A stretch of 47,889 bases of DNA from Eledone cirrhosa (Eukaryota): contig CAXHJY010001047.1 of NCBI GenBank assembly GCA_964016885.1, positions 1 through 47,889 on the forward strand. Direction: 5' to 3'. Positions 46,820-47,889 of this stretch are shown here, one piece after another. Under the pieces are notes generated by a model, which worked only from the letters and a program-made list of their open reading frames with translations, made no database searches and was not told the origin of the DNA. The first letter of the stretch is position 1, and every line of letters starts with the position of its first letter. The position numbers and the translations under genes are program-made.

Positions 46820-47889
46820 TCGTTTCTGAATTTGTTTAGCAAGATTCTTTATCTGAAATCGTGTGTTGAAACCGATATTGTTATACTTTGGAGGGTCATG
46901 TTGCCAATAAGAAACACACGCACCAGTTGCTTTCACTTCAATTTATTATATATTTATAAATTTACAAATCTACAAATTTACAAATCTACCCTTAAGGAAC
47001 ATATGTTCAAATTTAATGGTAAAACATATGCCTAAGAGGAAGGAGCAGCCATTGGTGTTAGCATTGCAGGCGACATAGCTAACTTATTCATGGTATGGTG
47101 GGACAGTAGACTTAAACTTAAACTTAAAGAACAATTAGAAGACAGCTTAACCCTGATAATGTACTCCCGCTACGTAGATGATATAATCATCGTAGTTAAG
47201 ACATCCCCACTAGAGAACAGTCAGGAACTAGAGAAAGACACAATGGAAAGCATCCAGCAAATAGCAAACTCCATCCACCAGAGCATTATAGTTACTATAG
47301 ACTACCCAAGTAGACACCCCAAACATCGATTACCTGTACTAGACACAGAGCTCTGGTTAGATACCATTAACAACCAAAAACAAATACTCCATTCCCATTA
47401 TGCCAAACCCATGACTTCCAAACATCTGACCACCGAAACTCGGCCATTTTGGACCATACCAAAATCAACATACTGATTGCGGATTTGGTACGGGTGGTGA
47501 GAAATGTGTCCCGCATTTGCAACCCCGAAGAACTAGAGAGACACATACAACACTTCATCCACCGTATGCAGTTCTCTGGCTACAATCAGAGAGATAGAAT
47601 CATAGTGTATAGAGGAGCCAGAACCAAATGGGAAAAAATGGTAAATAATGACATAAATGGGACCTGCCCCTTGTATAGGAGCACATTTTGGAATAGAATA
47701 GAAAGAACTAGGAACAAGGCCAATAGAATAAACTCATGGTATGATAGCAATAAATACCAGAATGTAATGTTCATCAATACAACCCCTAGAGGCGAACTAG
47801 CCTACAAATTTAGAAGGGCCCTAAATAAACATAAACTCAATATTAAGATAGTAGAAAGACCAGGTACCTCCCTAAAAACACTTATTAGC
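46820..47889 (+). mobile_element. Penelope-like element related to 37246-38925, 5'-truncated, runs off the window
   Basis: HMFKFNGKTYA*EEGAAIGVSIAGDIANLFMVWWD..YSRYVDD..MESIQQIANSIHQS..LPVLDTELW; in-frame TAA 47033-47035 and frameshift near 47430; preceded by an inverted 3'-end fragment. Confidence 0.88.

Overview
Eukaryotic, gene-free, repeat-saturated window. The source is probably an invertebrate; a mollusc or cephalopod is only an inference from the repeat style. Roughly half is degenerate (TA)n and other microsatellite, and nearly all 'IYIY' ORFs in the track are artefacts of it. Embedded in the TA tracts are three CR1-like LINE fragments, one near full-length frameshifted RTE-clade LINE, and a 70-bp minisatellite amplified from a piece of an RTE ORF. 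There are also four truncated Penelope-like elements (PLEs): two Naiad-like, one of them invisible to the ORF track, and two of another GIY-YIG family. Several short non-coding tandem or fold-back elements complete the set. The main signal is RNA structure. I read 14 type I hammerhead ribozyme (HHR) motifs from 6 unrelated families (one copy with a damaged core), plus half or degenerate candidates, nearly all with a self-complementary stem III. Most PLE-type inserts share one architecture: (TA)n - inverted copy of the 3' end - 5'-truncated sense body with an extra 3' tail - (TA)n. PLE hammerheads, inverted pLTRs and non-LTR retrozymes are known in general. The specific families, a fold-back centred in HHR stem II, a 117-nt stem II HHR and a CCGAAGA core variant are the candidates for novelty. 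All structures were paired by eye and none is tested.
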